The position numbers and the translations under genes are program-made. A DNA stretch of 63,999 nucleotides, counting the filler, from Octopus bimaculoides (taxonomy: Eukaryota): the NCBI RefSeq assembly GCF_001194135.2. It is 5 parts of 5 records of this genome, joined end to end, with 100 filler letters (N's around TTAATTAATTAA, not from the genome) between each part and the next. Parts side by side here need not be neighbours in the genome. Positions count along the whole stretch, not along the records: positions 40,168 to 59,031 come from NC_068995.1; positions 59,132 to 62,873 come from NC_068986.1; positions 62,974 to 63,999 come from NW_026344999.1; 2 more parts are not named here. One strand, 5' to 3'. Each line of letters begins with the position of its first letter. Position 1 is the first letter of the stretch. Positions 50,951 through 63,471 of the stretch are shown in pieces. The notes beneath the pieces were generated by a model that saw nothing but the letters and a program-made list of their open reading frames with translations, searched no databases and had not been told where the DNA came from.

Positions 50951-53900
50951 TATGAGGTCTCCACGAGTCTAGGGGTCCAATTCTGACCTGCTTTTTGTCG
51001 TCAATAAATATATACATCAGTGCACTGATTTGTCCGTGGGCCCATAATGATGTTAGGACGGTCCTGATGGCAAGCATACGTAAGAGAGAGAAAATACCTC
51101 TAGAAATTAATGGATAGATAAACTATCAGAAGCAAAATAATAAACTACTGAAGGGAGAAAAATAGTTAGAATTTATCTTTCACTTGTTTCAGAACTTTTA
51201 CCGAACAGTTAAGTTGCGGGAACTTGAACAAACGTTTTTATTATCGGTCAGTAGTGATGCGATGAACATGAAAAAAAAAAAAAAAGAAAAAAAAACGCGA
51301 CCGAATTCCGTACAATTTCTGTCAGGCAAACTTATTTACAAGGTATCAGTCGACTAGAAGATATTGTAGAAGACATTTGCCTAAGGTGCCGGGCAGTGAC
51401 AATGGACCAACCCGAAACTGGCTGGGTGCAAACAAAGCTCCTTCACCACACACATATACCAGTGTTAGAGACCATACAGACAAAAAAAAGAAAAAAAAAA
51501 AGGCAAGACTAAAATCTGGCGGTAACTGTTTCCAATAGACTAAGAACNNNNNNNNNNNNNNNNNNNNNNNNNNNNNNNNNNNNNNNNNNNNNNNNNNNNN
51601 NNNNNNNNNNNNNNNNNNNNNNNNNNNNNNNNNNNNNNNNNNNNNNNNNNNNNNNNNNNNNNNNNNNNNNNNNNNNNNNNNNNNNNNNNNNNNNNNNNNN
51701 NNNNNNNNNNNNNNNNNNNNNNNNNNNNNNNNNNNGTACTACTAAAAAGCCTTTAATGAACGTTATTTTGCTCGTAAAATTAGGTATTTCGGAAGGTCCC
51801 GCAGGCTGCAGTTGGTCCCTAATTGCGATAGAGGGTTCAATTTTAAGTGTTGGAGAGGTGGGGAATAAAATTAAAGGGAGATAAACAAATGGTTTACGTA
51901 TTTACTTATCAAACTAGTAGCATCCAGATTAAAAAAAAAAAAACATACAGTATTTTTGGAACGAGAAAGTGTTTCGAGAAATGTGTGTGTGTGTGTGTGG
52001 GGGGGGGGTTGTTTTTCGGGGAAAACGAAGGAACATTTTGGGCGAGTTCTGCGAAATTGTATGAAAAGATTAGATATGTTTGTAAATAAATTATATAATA
52101 TAAATTGTTTGTTTGTAGATATATACGAAATATATGGCGTTGGTAAATGAATAAATAATATGGCGTTAATATATAATATCTTAAGTATATATGCGTGCAT
52201 AAAATGTAATATTTATGAGTGTTTGTAAACATATAAAAACTATAAACATGTATATAAATAAGAATAGCACTTAACGTATTTTTTAAAAGTTTAAATATTA
52301 GAGTGGGGTGAACGAAAGGCGTTTATGAAAGTTAAAGGTTTTGTGTTTCTTTTTTTACGCCAACAGAATGCTTCCTTCACGAGAAAAGAGTAAAATGTTT
52401 ATGTTCAAAATACATAGAACATAAAATATAAAGTAAATTGAAAAACCTATACAAAACGTATTAAACTTTTCACATACTATTAACCACAAGCATACAAAGG
52501 TACACCAAGCAACATGCATCCATGTGTTTCAATAAAATCCAAATCTACTGAACGAAAGGATTCACATCTGTTCAAATAAATAAAGTGGCCCCCACGTATT
52601 TGAACACGCAATCATCGGTGTATATAATATTTAAACACCCACGTTCAACTAAGATAAATTCGCTCACAAAGAAAGCTAGAAACGTATTCTCACGAGCAAA
52701 ACTAAAACCCACATGTGCTCACTTTCATTTGCCCACTTAATATATAAATATATAAGACGAATGAAAAAATATATATAATGTAAAAACGTACCCTCTTCGA
52801 TATGAGAATTCAAACATTTAAACATTAAAATATAATCACACACCTTATTGTATGCCTTCTAAGCTTCCAATTTCTTCAGGTTTTCTCTCCTTTCTGTAAT
52901 TGGTTTGCCTGGTTCCAATTCTGTTTTCCTTACCTTTTTTTTTTGTTTCTGCTTTTTTAAAGATACGATTTTTACGAACTCCCCCAGATCAGATCAGATA
53001 ATCCTCAATTTACCAATAATTACAACATAACTCTTCCTTTTATATATTCTCTTCCTTCAACCACTCCTCTCACCTCTCGCAATCAATTATCCAATCGCAA
53101 GCTTCTTCCTCTCTACCCAACAAATTAATTTTTCTAAACTTTAATACAGAACTATGTTCTACCGGAAGTGGTGAAACTTCGAAATCACTGCCAACTTTAA
53201 AAGTATAAATAAAAATATTTCGAGTCTACTTCTGTATTTAGTACTTTCTCAGTACACGTTTTGTATATATAGTGACAGACATATGAATAGATAGATAGAT
53301 ATATCATGCAAGCATGCATATGTAGCATGCGTTCATACATGCATGCACGAATCTTTCTCATTCACCTTGCTTTAAAATAATCATTAACGTTGCAGGCAGA
53401 AGCGAAATTGGTGGACCGATTAGTCGATTGAATCGAACGCAGTATTTGACTGGTACTTTATTTCATCGATCCCACAGCGATGGAAACCCTGACTAGATCT
53501 CGCTGCTATTTGAACTCGGAACTGAAAATGTCGGAAGAAATACTTCAAAACGTTTTGTACTCAAGTCCTCGTGAACTAAAGAAACCATAAAAGAAACGGA
53601 GATATACCCTGTAGCGGATGACCTTAAGAATGAAGATTCAGAGCAGAAAGTCTAAATTTTAGGCAGTAAAAGCCATTTAAGGGCTTTCTTCTCGGACAGT
53701 GTAAAAAGGAGAAAAAGCCAGCAATATGAAAGTGCAGGGGCTACAAGTCCTAAGACATGACGACGGCGTAAGGAAATAGTGGGTGCATGTATGGAATCAC
53801 CGTAAAAGACCATCTTGTCCTCATTTGCAAGAGCTAAGCAGGAGAGCCTTGAAGTACTTCACCGAGGAACAAACAAAGGCGGCAATAGAAAGATGGTGTG

Positions 53901-55180
53901 TCCTATAGCAAGGGCAGAAAGCGAAATATCAGAAAGCTTCACTTCATCATTTACAATAGCACCACCCCATCAGATAGCCTTGTGTGAAGTTTAACAATCG
54001 CTATTAATTGATGATTTGAAATAAAATTACTAGTAACAGAACAGAAATATATTTAAATATTACAAATTTCCCTGTGCGTTAAATATGAATGTAAACGCAC
54101 TCTTTCTATACTACTAATATTTGGAAAAAGAACAAGGGAATCTCTTGACGGATCACTTTACGGTTTGCTGACCGCTCCTCAGAGAAGACATACTCAGCTT
54201 TCCCAATCAAGAGAATAGGTTAGCCGCTATATAAAGTAGTCATAAATTATGCTAGCGCTGGTGAATAATCTAATTTATATTTTGAATTTTTGACAGCTCA
54301 TCATTGATTAGTTCTAGTTTTTATTCACGTTGTGTTGTGCACAAATAGATATAGTTTATTTAATGATAGCTGGCAGTCGTACACCTACTGCAAGCAGGCT
54401 GTCGACCATGGTGATAGCCTTAGTCAAGACTGCATTATATTGTAGCTGGGCCATGCTATTGAATGTGAGAGGAAGCCGTGTACTTTTAAGAGAATATGAT
54501 GAAGGATGAATTCTTGTAGAGTCGATAAAATAAAGAGCACTCAAATAATGTGATCAATTTGACCATCAACATCCAACCCGTATCAGATAATATGTGTGGT
54601 CTTGAACGAATACCTCAGAAATCATTATCAAATGATTAGACCTTTATTTCCTTCCTTTCGCAATGCTTGTAACCAACATATCTAGCCACAACACACCGCC
54701 TAATGCCAAAACCTCACTGATAAGCTCCGTTTATCTGTCAGTATAACCACTTTACAACTATGATACTTACCGTTCATGGTTCACATACAAGGTGAGCAAT
54801 CTCTGCAAAGTTTTTTCAGCTTCGTCTGCAAAATAGCTGTAATAGAGATAAACTGATACCAAGATAAATTAAAATACATTGACTATTCCATTAACTATCA
54901 AAGGATATATAGTTGTATAACCTTGTGTTATATTAGACTTCAAAACTATGACTTTGTGTTTATATTTGTTTTTCAAAAGTTTCTGATATAGGCACGAGGC
55001 GAATAATTTTGGGGTGAGCAGTAAGTCGAAAACATAGACCCCCAGTATATAATTTTATTGACCCGAAACGATGAAAGGCAAAGAAGACCTCGCGGAGATT
55101 TGAAATCAGGATGCAAATTAATGGAACAAATGCCAAAAAGGTATTCTATCCCAACGCTCTAACGATTCTGCCAGCTCTTT
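50495..55180 (-). mobile_element. Three dispersed, diverged SINE family A copies (50495-50640, 53395-53570, 54985-55180); the span is not one element
   Basis: Family A motifs. Diverged, but several CpGs are still retained. Confidence 0.65.
54771..54836 (-). CDS. Candidate internal coding exon of an unidentified host gene (66 nt, phase 2-2; YFADEAEKTLQRLLTLYVNHE)
   Basis: Acceptor tttatctctattacag, consensus donor CG|gtaagtat, length a multiple of 3, open and protein-like frame, unique sequence. Confidence 0.6.
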
Positions 55181-55396
55181 ATTCTAGAATAACTAATCAA
55201 TAAATAATAATTCTTTCTGATTTAGGGACACAACCAGCGATTTCCAGGGAAGAGGGTTAACCGATCACATCAATACAAATTAATTGACTGGTGCTTTATT
55301 TTATTAACACCTGTGGAATTTGAACCCAGAATCTACAGTTTCTGCCAATACACACCACCCTAATAATAATAATGATGATGATGATGATAATGATGA

Positions 55397-57460
55397 TCTT
55401 TTATATTAGTTACAGAAACTCGAAGAGATACAAGACACATTGAACAGGAACTTATAAAGACGAGCACAAAAAATCACGCGGAAATACATTACGAAATATG
55501 GCAAAAGCACACAATAATTAAAGGGAAATATTTATATATAGAAAAAGTGTAACCCTTCAGTTAAGTTGATTAGGGTGTTGCACGTTCATATAAGGATTTT
55601 ATCGTGCGACCACTCTATAGTGTTCGTGGTTGGAGATTTCGAACTCTTCAGCAAAGGAGTGCTTGTGTTCTGTTGGGCAAGTGAGGGTGCCACATGTTCC
55701 AGATCCTCAAGATATAATACTTCGTAAAGTCCATCTCAGATTTGAACCATTATTCTTTCGTTTTTAATTCTGTTTAGGATGTGATTCCGTTTTCCTTCTA
55801 GATCCGTATTTTGATTAGATCTTCACTGCTCTAGCGAATAGGTTGGAAATTCCATTTCGTCCCGAACAGATGGGGAGTGACTTGTTTCTCCTCACAGGAC
55901 ATTTGTTTCTCCTTCACAAGTTGAGTGTTTTTTTCTACGGAGGAAGAGTTTTCCTTGGAGATCTACACGGCCTCGCCTTATTAAAAAAGTTTTTTTTTTT
56001 TTTAGCTGGTTTTCATATTTTCCATTGATTCATTTTATTTAATTTTGAGGAAGTGTGCCTCTACTCCTCACCTCCGTCTGTTCCCCATCCTCTTAAGTAG
56101 ATAGGATGGTGTTACTTTGAGGGTGTACATCCTGGTCGTTCAGCGTTAGTTACTGTTGTTGTAAATGACTTTTCTTGTCTTTGGTGGTTGTAGTTGGGAA
56201 AAGTGGGTTTTGGGTTATTCGGGTCGTTCCTGGTTGGTTTGTTCACATTACTCCGTAAGGACCATATGGCCGTTTTCTCGGTTTCTCTGGCGTATATATT
56301 CCCCTCCCTGGACGAAACACCGGTCCATCACAAGATTACTCATTTTTACCAGCCAACTGGACTGGAGCAGCGTGAAATGAAGTGCTTTGCCCAAGAACAC
56401 AACACGTCGCTCTTTCCAGGAATCGAAACTACGACCTTACGATCATGAATTTAACACTCTAACCACTAAACCATGCACCTCCACCGGACGGGTAAATTTC
56501 ATTTATCGGCTGGTGTTATCCTCGGATTGAAAACATACCTGATTTGTTGCTGTTTTTGTTCTGTTGGACTTTCTATCCTAGAAACGTTCAGAGGGGATTT
56601 GCTGCACTTTTGTAAGAGAATGGTAGAATCGTTTACCCTGGATGTTGAGCTTTAAGACCTTCTTCTCGACACCTTCTACATGACACAGTTATGGTATCCT
56701 TTTGTGAACTCGCGGGATCTATGGATTCTTATATATCCATGGTGATCTCATTCAACCACATTTCACGAATGTTACATTTGCGATGACGACCGGCGTATGT
56801 TATACCACGAAGGAGAACAAAAGTCCAGAGCCGACTTTCTCATCGATATATCTGACGGCAACCCTTGTGTATATTCTTCTTAAATACTGTGGAGCATTCT
56901 GTTTTCTGTTTGTGAAAGGTATTATTTTGTACATTTTCAGTATTTCTTTCAGTCAGAGGCGTGGAGTGGGGAACATCTTCTTGGCCAATTTCTTAGGAAA
57001 TGTGAAAGACAAAAATTAAATTTTGTCCCAAAATGAAAAAAACCCCCAGCTGTTTCGTGGATCGGGTCAGTTGGAACTCACGTCCTCATAACCGACCAAG
57101 TGCCAATCTGTGTGTGTGTTTGTGTGAGAGAGTATTTGTTTGTGTGTGTGTGTGCGTACATGAGTTTGCGTGCGCGCGCGCGTGCTTGAATGTTTGTGTA
57201 TTTGTGTGTGTCTGTTTGTATGTGTGTGCATTTTTTTTTGTGTGTGTGTATTTGTGTGTGTGTCTGTGATGAAAAGTAACTGGTTTTGGGTAGATGAAAA
57301 TACAGGAGGATCAGTTAATTATGATTTTATTCAACATATGCTCCTCTCAGATCCACACACTTATTGCAGCGGTCCTCCAGTCTTTCTAAGCCCTGTAAAA
57401 GAACTCGGAAGGTCGGGTCTCCAACCAGGCCTTTCGCGGCGAGACCCTTAAAGACAAGAA
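55397..57460 (-). mobile_element. Degenerate Tx1-related element with ORF1 remnants and a tailed 3' end but no ORF2; SINE F inserted at 56250-56490
   Basis: Minus-strand remnants LAKKMFPT, PQYLRRIYTRVAVR and EDLIKIRI-KENGIT resemble IARGKIFAT, TYLGRRVTKVK and SDLMQYIRSKTNIT of the 28-30 kb ORF1. It ends AATATAAAAGA(TCA)n about 200 bp after the ORF1 remnants. Confidence 0.45.
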
Positions 57461-57489
57461 CTTTTCAGCAACCCCCCCCCCCGTACACA

Positions 57490-57532
<43 letters not shown>

Positions 57533-57609
57533 GCACACTCATACATACATAGATTCATACATATACACACACATTCATACACACATACATATTCAACGGG
57601 TTTGCATAC

Positions 57610-57860
57610 AGTTTCTTATTTCTTATTTCTTTACTGCCCCCAAGGGGCTACACACAGAGGGGACAAACAAGGACAGACAAACAGATTAAGTCGATCATAT
57701 CGACCCCAGTGCGTAACTGGTACTTATTTAATCGACTCCGAAAGGATGAAAGGCAAAGTCGACCTCGGCGGAATTTGAACTCAGAACGTAACGGCAGACG
57801 AAATACCGCTAAGCATTTCGCCCGGCGTGCTAACGATTCTACCAGCTCACCGCCTTGCAT
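57610..57860 (-). mobile_element. SINE A-prime (Tx1-like tail, (AAGAAAT)n end), near-consensus
   Basis: Nearly identical to 41373-41595, with full head GGCGGTGAGCTGGTAGAATCGTTAGCACGCCGGGCGAAATGC. Confidence 0.9.
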
Positions 57861-58129
57861 ACAGTTTCTATCTACCAAATCCACTCACAAGACTTTAAAT
57901 CGACTCGGGGTTATAATAGAAGACTCCTACTCAACGTACTGCGCAGAGAAATTGAACTCGAAGCCACTTCATTGCAAAGCAAGTTGCCTAACCACTCAGT
58001 CATGTATATAAATAAATCTAAATCTTCTCTAGCATTAGTTCATATGAAACGACTACAATACCTCGGTTTGAACCTGAGTCTCAATAGATTAAATGCCGGG
58101 ATATTATTCTTATTATTATTTACCTTTAG

Positions 58130-58500
58130 TGAAGGCGGTGATATGGCAGAATCGTTAGCACGCCGTTCTGAGTTCAAATTCCGCCGAGGTCGACTTTGCC
58201 TTTCATCCTTTCCGGGTCGATAAACTAAGTACCAGTTGCGTACTGGGGTCGATCCAATCGACTGGCCCCCTCCCTAAAAAATTCGGGCCTTGTGCCTGGA
58301 GTAGAAAAGATTCGTTAGCACGCCGGGTAAAAGGTTTAACAGCATTTTGACAGACTTCACGTTCTGAGTTCAAATACCGCGAAGGTCGACTTTGCCTTTC
58401 ATCTTTTCGAGGTTTCTAAAATTTGTACCAGCTGAGCACTTGGGTTCATGTAATCAGCTTTACCCCTTAGCCCGAACTTGCTGGCCTTGTGCCAAAATGG
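58130..58500 (+). mobile_element. Two tandem SINE family A copies
   Basis: GGCAGAATCGTTAGCACGCCG...GAGTTCAAAT(T/A)CCGC...GGTCGACTTTGCCTTTCATC, present twice. Confidence 0.9.
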
Positions 58501-58980
58501 GAAACAAATAATTACCGTTAGTCACACTAATCCGCTGTTTACTTCCTGATTAACACGAATTCAGTTTTAGTCATACCCCCGCTGGATTATATTTCGGAAG
58601 AACTCGCCTAAGTCACCCAAATCGAGAACACTGATACGTGTAGAATACGTAACTGGTAACTGGTTAGCTGATGTAATTAATAATATATCTACTGTTGGGA
58701 CTAGTCGAGGGGTAGCGGTGAGAGGAGACACTAGAGGAGATTAGGCTGTGTGTGGGATATTTCATGCGAACAGGCTAATAGACGAATGTTTGTGTGTAGA
58801 GAGAGAGGCAAATAGAAAGAAAGATATATAGATAGATTGACAAATATAGAGATAGAAAGATAGATAAATATATTATTGTTACATAGATTGATAGACAGAT
58901 AAATAGATAGATAGAAAGATATGATGACCAGGAATACACGCCTGCGCATATATATGCATATATACATAAATACATGCATT

Positions 58981-59031
<51 letters not shown>

Positions 59032-59149
59032 NNNNNNNNNNNNNNNNNNNNNNNNNNNNNNNNNNNNNNNNNNNNTTAATTAATTAANNNNNNNNNNNNN
59101 NNNNNNNNNNNNNNNNNNNNNNNNNNNNNNNATATATATATATATATAT

Positions 59150-59305
59150 ACGGCGGGCTTCTTTCAGTTTCCGTCTACCAAATCTACTCACAAGGCTTTG
59201 GTCGGCGCAAAGCTATAGTAGAAGACACTTGCCCAAAATGCTACGCAGCGGGAATGAACCCGGAACCATGTGGTTGGTAACCAAGCTACTTACAACACGG
59301 CTACA
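59150..59305 (-). mobile_element. SINE family E
   Basis: CGGCGGGCTTCTTTCAGTTTCCGTCTACCAAATC...CCCGGAACCATGTGG is the reverse complement of the family E body. Confidence 0.85.
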
Positions 59306-59512
59306 CATGTGTGTGTGCATGTGGGTGTGTGTGTGTGTGCGTATGTGCGTGCATGTGTGTGAGTGAACAAGCAAAAGAAAGGCACTCAACACATATATTG
59401 GGAATTACATGCATGGATCAAATCAGTTTGATCCGTGTATGTTTGTGTGTTTGCACGTGTGTGGTGTATGTGCATGTGTGCGTGTGAGCGTGCGTGTGTT
59501 AGGGATACAGAA

Positions 59513-59645
59513 AAGTTATGTCTATTTCATGTTTAGGAATGGATTGCCTATATTCAGTCCATTGCACGACAGAGGCTTCAGCATGTTCTCTCCGCCAACT
59601 ACGGTCTACTATTGTGGCCATAAAGTTGAGCTTGAGATCATGCTG
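59513..59645 (-). mobile_element. RTE-type 3' end fragment, inverted homologue of 61795-61930
   Basis: Reverse complement GGAGAGAACATGCTGAAGCCTCTGTCGTGCAATGGACT resembles the RTE C-terminal ...GCCT..GTCC.GCAGTGGAC signature. Confidence 0.55.
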
Positions 59646-61139
59646 GTTTCATGAGCCTACTCTGCCATACTGGCTCGACACGGCTTCGCGGGAGGGTGCA
59701 GTTTTTATGCATCCCTCTATAGAAAATATGTAGAGATAGCCTTAACAAGTGATGTAATCACACCGCTAACACAGTAGAGCACTGTATATTGACTTATAAA
59801 AACGTTTAACATTGTTGCATATTACGTTTGCGTAACGAAATATGGTGTCTCTGCAGGCCATTAAGGTGTAAGTATGGCTTGAGAGAGATGCAGCAGCTAC
59901 ATTTAGTGATGCAGGTGACCATTTAGCCGTTCCCATATTGGCTTGTCCCAATAGAGCTACATAATAGCTTTATCAGTCCTTCGTTAGCTCGATCGAATTA
60001 TATTATTAAAGGCATTCTGGTCGTGGCCATCCTATTTTTTTGTTCGGATTTTCTATGACTACTTTATTTCCCACGTCGTTTTTCGGTTTCTGACATCAAG
60101 TTATGTAATATGAGGAAGATTTGATTGTTATTTCTCGTAGGCCGAGTTACCCTCGAGGTTTCTTTAATCTAACCATTGATACATCAAAGAATTAGGTTGA
60201 TCTTTTATCGTTTAAGCCCACGGAGCTAACAATCATATAAAAACTTATCTCGACATGATGCTGTTGTGATTCCTAGCCCTGAATCATCCCTAATCTATCA
60301 AATCTTTACTCAAAAAGCATTGACCACTTTGTGTTTTTATATATTTAGGACAACATGTTCTATTGCGTCCTTTCTTGATTTAGATTTGAGAGCTATTCAG
60401 CTTCTGTTTCAAGCAAGTCATGCAATCACGCTGCTTCAGTTTTTAATAAGATTTTATTTATTTATAATTAGGAACATAATTCCAAGATTTAATAGTATTT
60501 AGAGTAATGGAATTCATTATATCTCGAGACAAGTACGTTGTAGAGAATATGGAGATGACGTAACATATTCAAATGCAACGTAATTGTTAGGTTCTCTCAT
60601 TAATTTAACATTACTAAGACAGAAATGTTTGCAAAGAACTTTAGAAAACCGAAACATGAGAATCTTTAGCAGGAATAAGATTTCTTATTCTTATTATCAC
60701 ACGTAGCCAAGAAATTTGCACACACACACAATAGTGCGAACACGCTATCTGAAGACAGCACTGACATTGCTTTTTTTACATGGTGACCTTCCATCTTTAA
60801 GACGGCAGAATGTGTATTGTGGAAAAAAAATTGGCTGTTATTTCTAGAAAAGGAAAGCATTCCTTCCGTATTTGGATATACCAGAGCCCACGTGCTCTAT
60901 TTTGAAAGCGGTAGGGTATGATTTGTGGGATATCTTGCTGTTATTTTTAACATATTAATCTACTTCATACAATACAATTAACATTTATGCTTTTCTACCT
61001 GTAGTGGTAGATAGAGAAGAAAAAGAGAGAGAGGGGAAGAGAGATAGAGATAGGGAAAAGAGAGATAGAAAAAGAGAGAGAGAAAGAGAAAGAAAGAGAG
61101 TTCAGTAACAACAAGTACCGGAAACTTATTCCGGGGGCT

Positions 61140-61500
61140 TGATCCACTGTGCAAGATCATCTCAAGGAGATTGAGAAAGTGTATAGAGAAGGAAAGTGTA
61201 TTCAACAGAAAGGGATTCATCGTGCAGCATGATAATGCAAGAGCATATTTAGCGAACATAACTCAAGAAGAGATAAATTCATTAGACATGGAAGCTCTAC
61301 TTCACTTTCCCTACTCACCAGACCTAGCACTATCATATTTTCTCTTATTCAGGTCACCTAAACTCTTTAACAATGAAAAAACATTCGGCGTCAAGACCAT
61401 GTCGAAACAACGCTCCAAGCAATTTTTTTTTCCTCTAGGAACCAGCAAACTGGTTTCTAAGGTTGGAAAATGTTATTGCTAATGATTATAGTTATTTTTT
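61140..61500 (+). mobile_element. Mariner transposase C-terminal fragment
   Basis: QHDNARAY and PYSPDLA motifs in ORF 61171-61482. Confidence 0.9.
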
Positions 61501-61549
61501 TAGTGAATAAATATATATATCCTATACAAATTTGAACTTATAACATGAA

Positions 61550-61735
61550 ATACAGGCGACGAGCTGGCAGAATCTTTAGCACGCCGGGCAAAATGCTTAA
61601 CGGTATTTCGTCTGTCCTTATGGTCCGAGTTCAAATTGAGCCGAAGCCAACTTTGCATTTCATCCTTTAGGGGTTGATAAAATAAGTACCAGTAGGACAC
61701 TGGAATCGATGTAATCGACTTAACTACTCCTAGGT
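61550..61735 (+). mobile_element. SINE family A
   Basis: GGCGACGAGCTGGCAGAATC...GAGTTCAAATT...CATCCTTTAGGGGTTGATAAAATAAGTACCAG. Confidence 0.85.
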
Positions 61736-61794
61736 ATAAGTATAAAAAAACTGCATCCCTTTGCCAAGCCATGTAGAGCTAGTGTGAAAAAGTA

Positions 61795-61930
61795 AGCTTG
61801 ATCACAAGCTCAAATTCATGGCTTCCATTACACACCGTGGTTGGTGGAGAGAACATGCTGAGGTCTTCGTCCTGCAGTGGACTAAACATAGGTGATCCGT
61901 TCCTAAACATGAGATACGACATAACTTTTC
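61795..61930 (+). mobile_element. RTE-type 3' end fragment with (ACAT)n tail
   Basis: GAGGTCTTCGTCCTGCAGTGGACTAA (EVFVLQWT). Confidence 0.6.
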
Positions 61931-62316
61931 AGATGCCCTAACATACATACATACATACATACACACACACACATTCATACACACATACATACATACAAAC
62001 ATACATGCATACATACATACATACATAGCGGCACCACAAGGTCTAATCCTTGTTGCCGTTTTGTGGTTGTGTACTTCAATGACCCAGAGATCTATGACAG
62101 CGGAACACAACCTCCAGGTAATGCCTTCCATGCTGGACAGGTCAAAGGATAGAACCCAGGCTAATAGTGACTGCCTCTGTTCAAAGGAAAACTGGGTTTG
62201 TATAGGGCCGACATCCCTACCTAGAAAGCAGGAAAGTTAGAGAAGCATCAACGATAATTCATAATCAAAAATACCCAGAAGAAGACTTTCCTTTAGGAAA
62301 AACTTATGACATGTCA

Positions 62317-62470
62317 ACGTTAGGCCCTAACCTAGAACCACAAAGGAGGTGGAAGATAAGGCGCCCTAAAAACAGTTGGAGGCAAGATATTGAAGTAGAG
62401 CTGAAACAACAGGGATCCAACAGAAAAGAAGCAAGAAAAGACAGTCCTGAGTGGAGAAGAGTAGACAACA
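62317..62470 (+). mobile_element. RTE-clade LINE ORF C-terminal remnant
   Basis: EPQRRWKIRRPKNSWRQDIEVELKQQG...DSPEWRRV resembles the RTE P-G-R-RGRP-TW...DR-W pattern. Confidence 0.65.
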
Positions 62471-62637
62471 CAGAAGAGTAGACAACAGTGGAGAAGAGTG
62501 GACAACAGTGGAGAAAAGTCATCGACGGTCTACGTTCCAAAGGGAGCAGAGGACTTAAGTAAGAAGCATATAGGACATGTGACTATTTTCATACGCATTG
62601 TTGTCTTGCAAGTGTCCAAGAATTGCATATGTACATA

Positions 62638-62866
62638 CAGCAATCCCTCGATTATCGCGGGTGTTTCATTCCAAAACATCCCGCGATAGGTGAAAATCCG
62701 CGAAGTAGAAACTATTATACTGTATATTTTCTTATTATTATTTTTATAATTCGTATATATTAATTTTGTTATAGATATGCAAAACACCAAGGAAGAATCG
62801 ACGCAAGCTTAAATAATAAACTAATAAACCGCGATAGGTGAACCGCGATATGGCGAGGGATTACTG
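62638..62866. mobile_element. Tigger/pogo-like MITE (229 bp), CpG-intact
   Basis: TIRs CAGCAATCCCTCG / CGAGGGATTACTG, with TA on the left. Same family as 12332-12553. Confidence 0.9.
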
Positions 62867-62973
62867 ATATATANNNNNNNNNNNNNNNNNNNNNNNNNNN
62901 NNNNNNNNNNNNNNNNNTTAATTAATTAANNNNNNNNNNNNNNNNNNNNNNNNNNNNNNNNNNNNNNNNNNNN

Positions 62974-63009
<36 letters not shown>

Positions 63010-63019
63010 CATCATTATC

Positions 63020-63381
63020 ATTCAGTAGTATTATTTTTGTAGCGTGCTTTCACTTCACTACCGAGCGCAGCTCTGTGTGCCTTGGGCATATGCTGTGGTT
63101 TGTTATGATGCTCTTATGGTTAGTGAATTGAAAGTGTTTTACGTAGGATGTGTGCAGTGACAAGTAGTGCAATTTTCTGTATGTTATATATACTTGTAAG
63201 TCCTGGTGTTTTTGTTATGTATTTGTCTGAATATTTTTTATTTATCATACCTAATGCGCCTACTATGATAGGAAATGTTTCTGTTTTTAGATTCTACATT
63301 CGAGTTACCTTTATTTTCAGGTCTTTGTATTTTGAAAGTTTCTCCATTTCTTTCAGAGAAATGTTGAAACGTTGTCGTATG

Positions 63382-63385
<4 letters not shown>
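63020..63385 (-). mobile_element. 5'-truncated R4/Dong-clade LINE (C-terminal restriction-like endonuclease region plus 3' UTR)
   Basis: Minus strand EMEKLSKYKDLKIKVTRM*NLKTETFPIIVGALGMI...IQKIALLVTAHILRKTL, with the terminal stop at 63120-63122. Flanked by (TAA)n on both sides. Confidence 0.85.

Positions 63386-63471
<86 letters not shown>

Noticed and set aside
52932-53095. Minus-strand CCAAT, TATATAAAAGG and downstream AAG|gtaagg, suggesting a promoter or first exon
   Set aside because: Short motifs in AT-rich DNA cannot be supported without CAGE or RNA data.
58500-58720. Cluster of AP-1-like (TTAGTCA twice) and ETS-like (ACTTCCTG) sites
   Set aside because: Short motifs alone do not establish an enhancer.
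59857-59867. Possible plus-strand microexon (ctctgcag|GCCATTAAGGT|gtaagtat)
   Set aside because: Good splice motifs, but only 9-11 nt long, with no supporting neighbours, and expected by chance in 64 kb.
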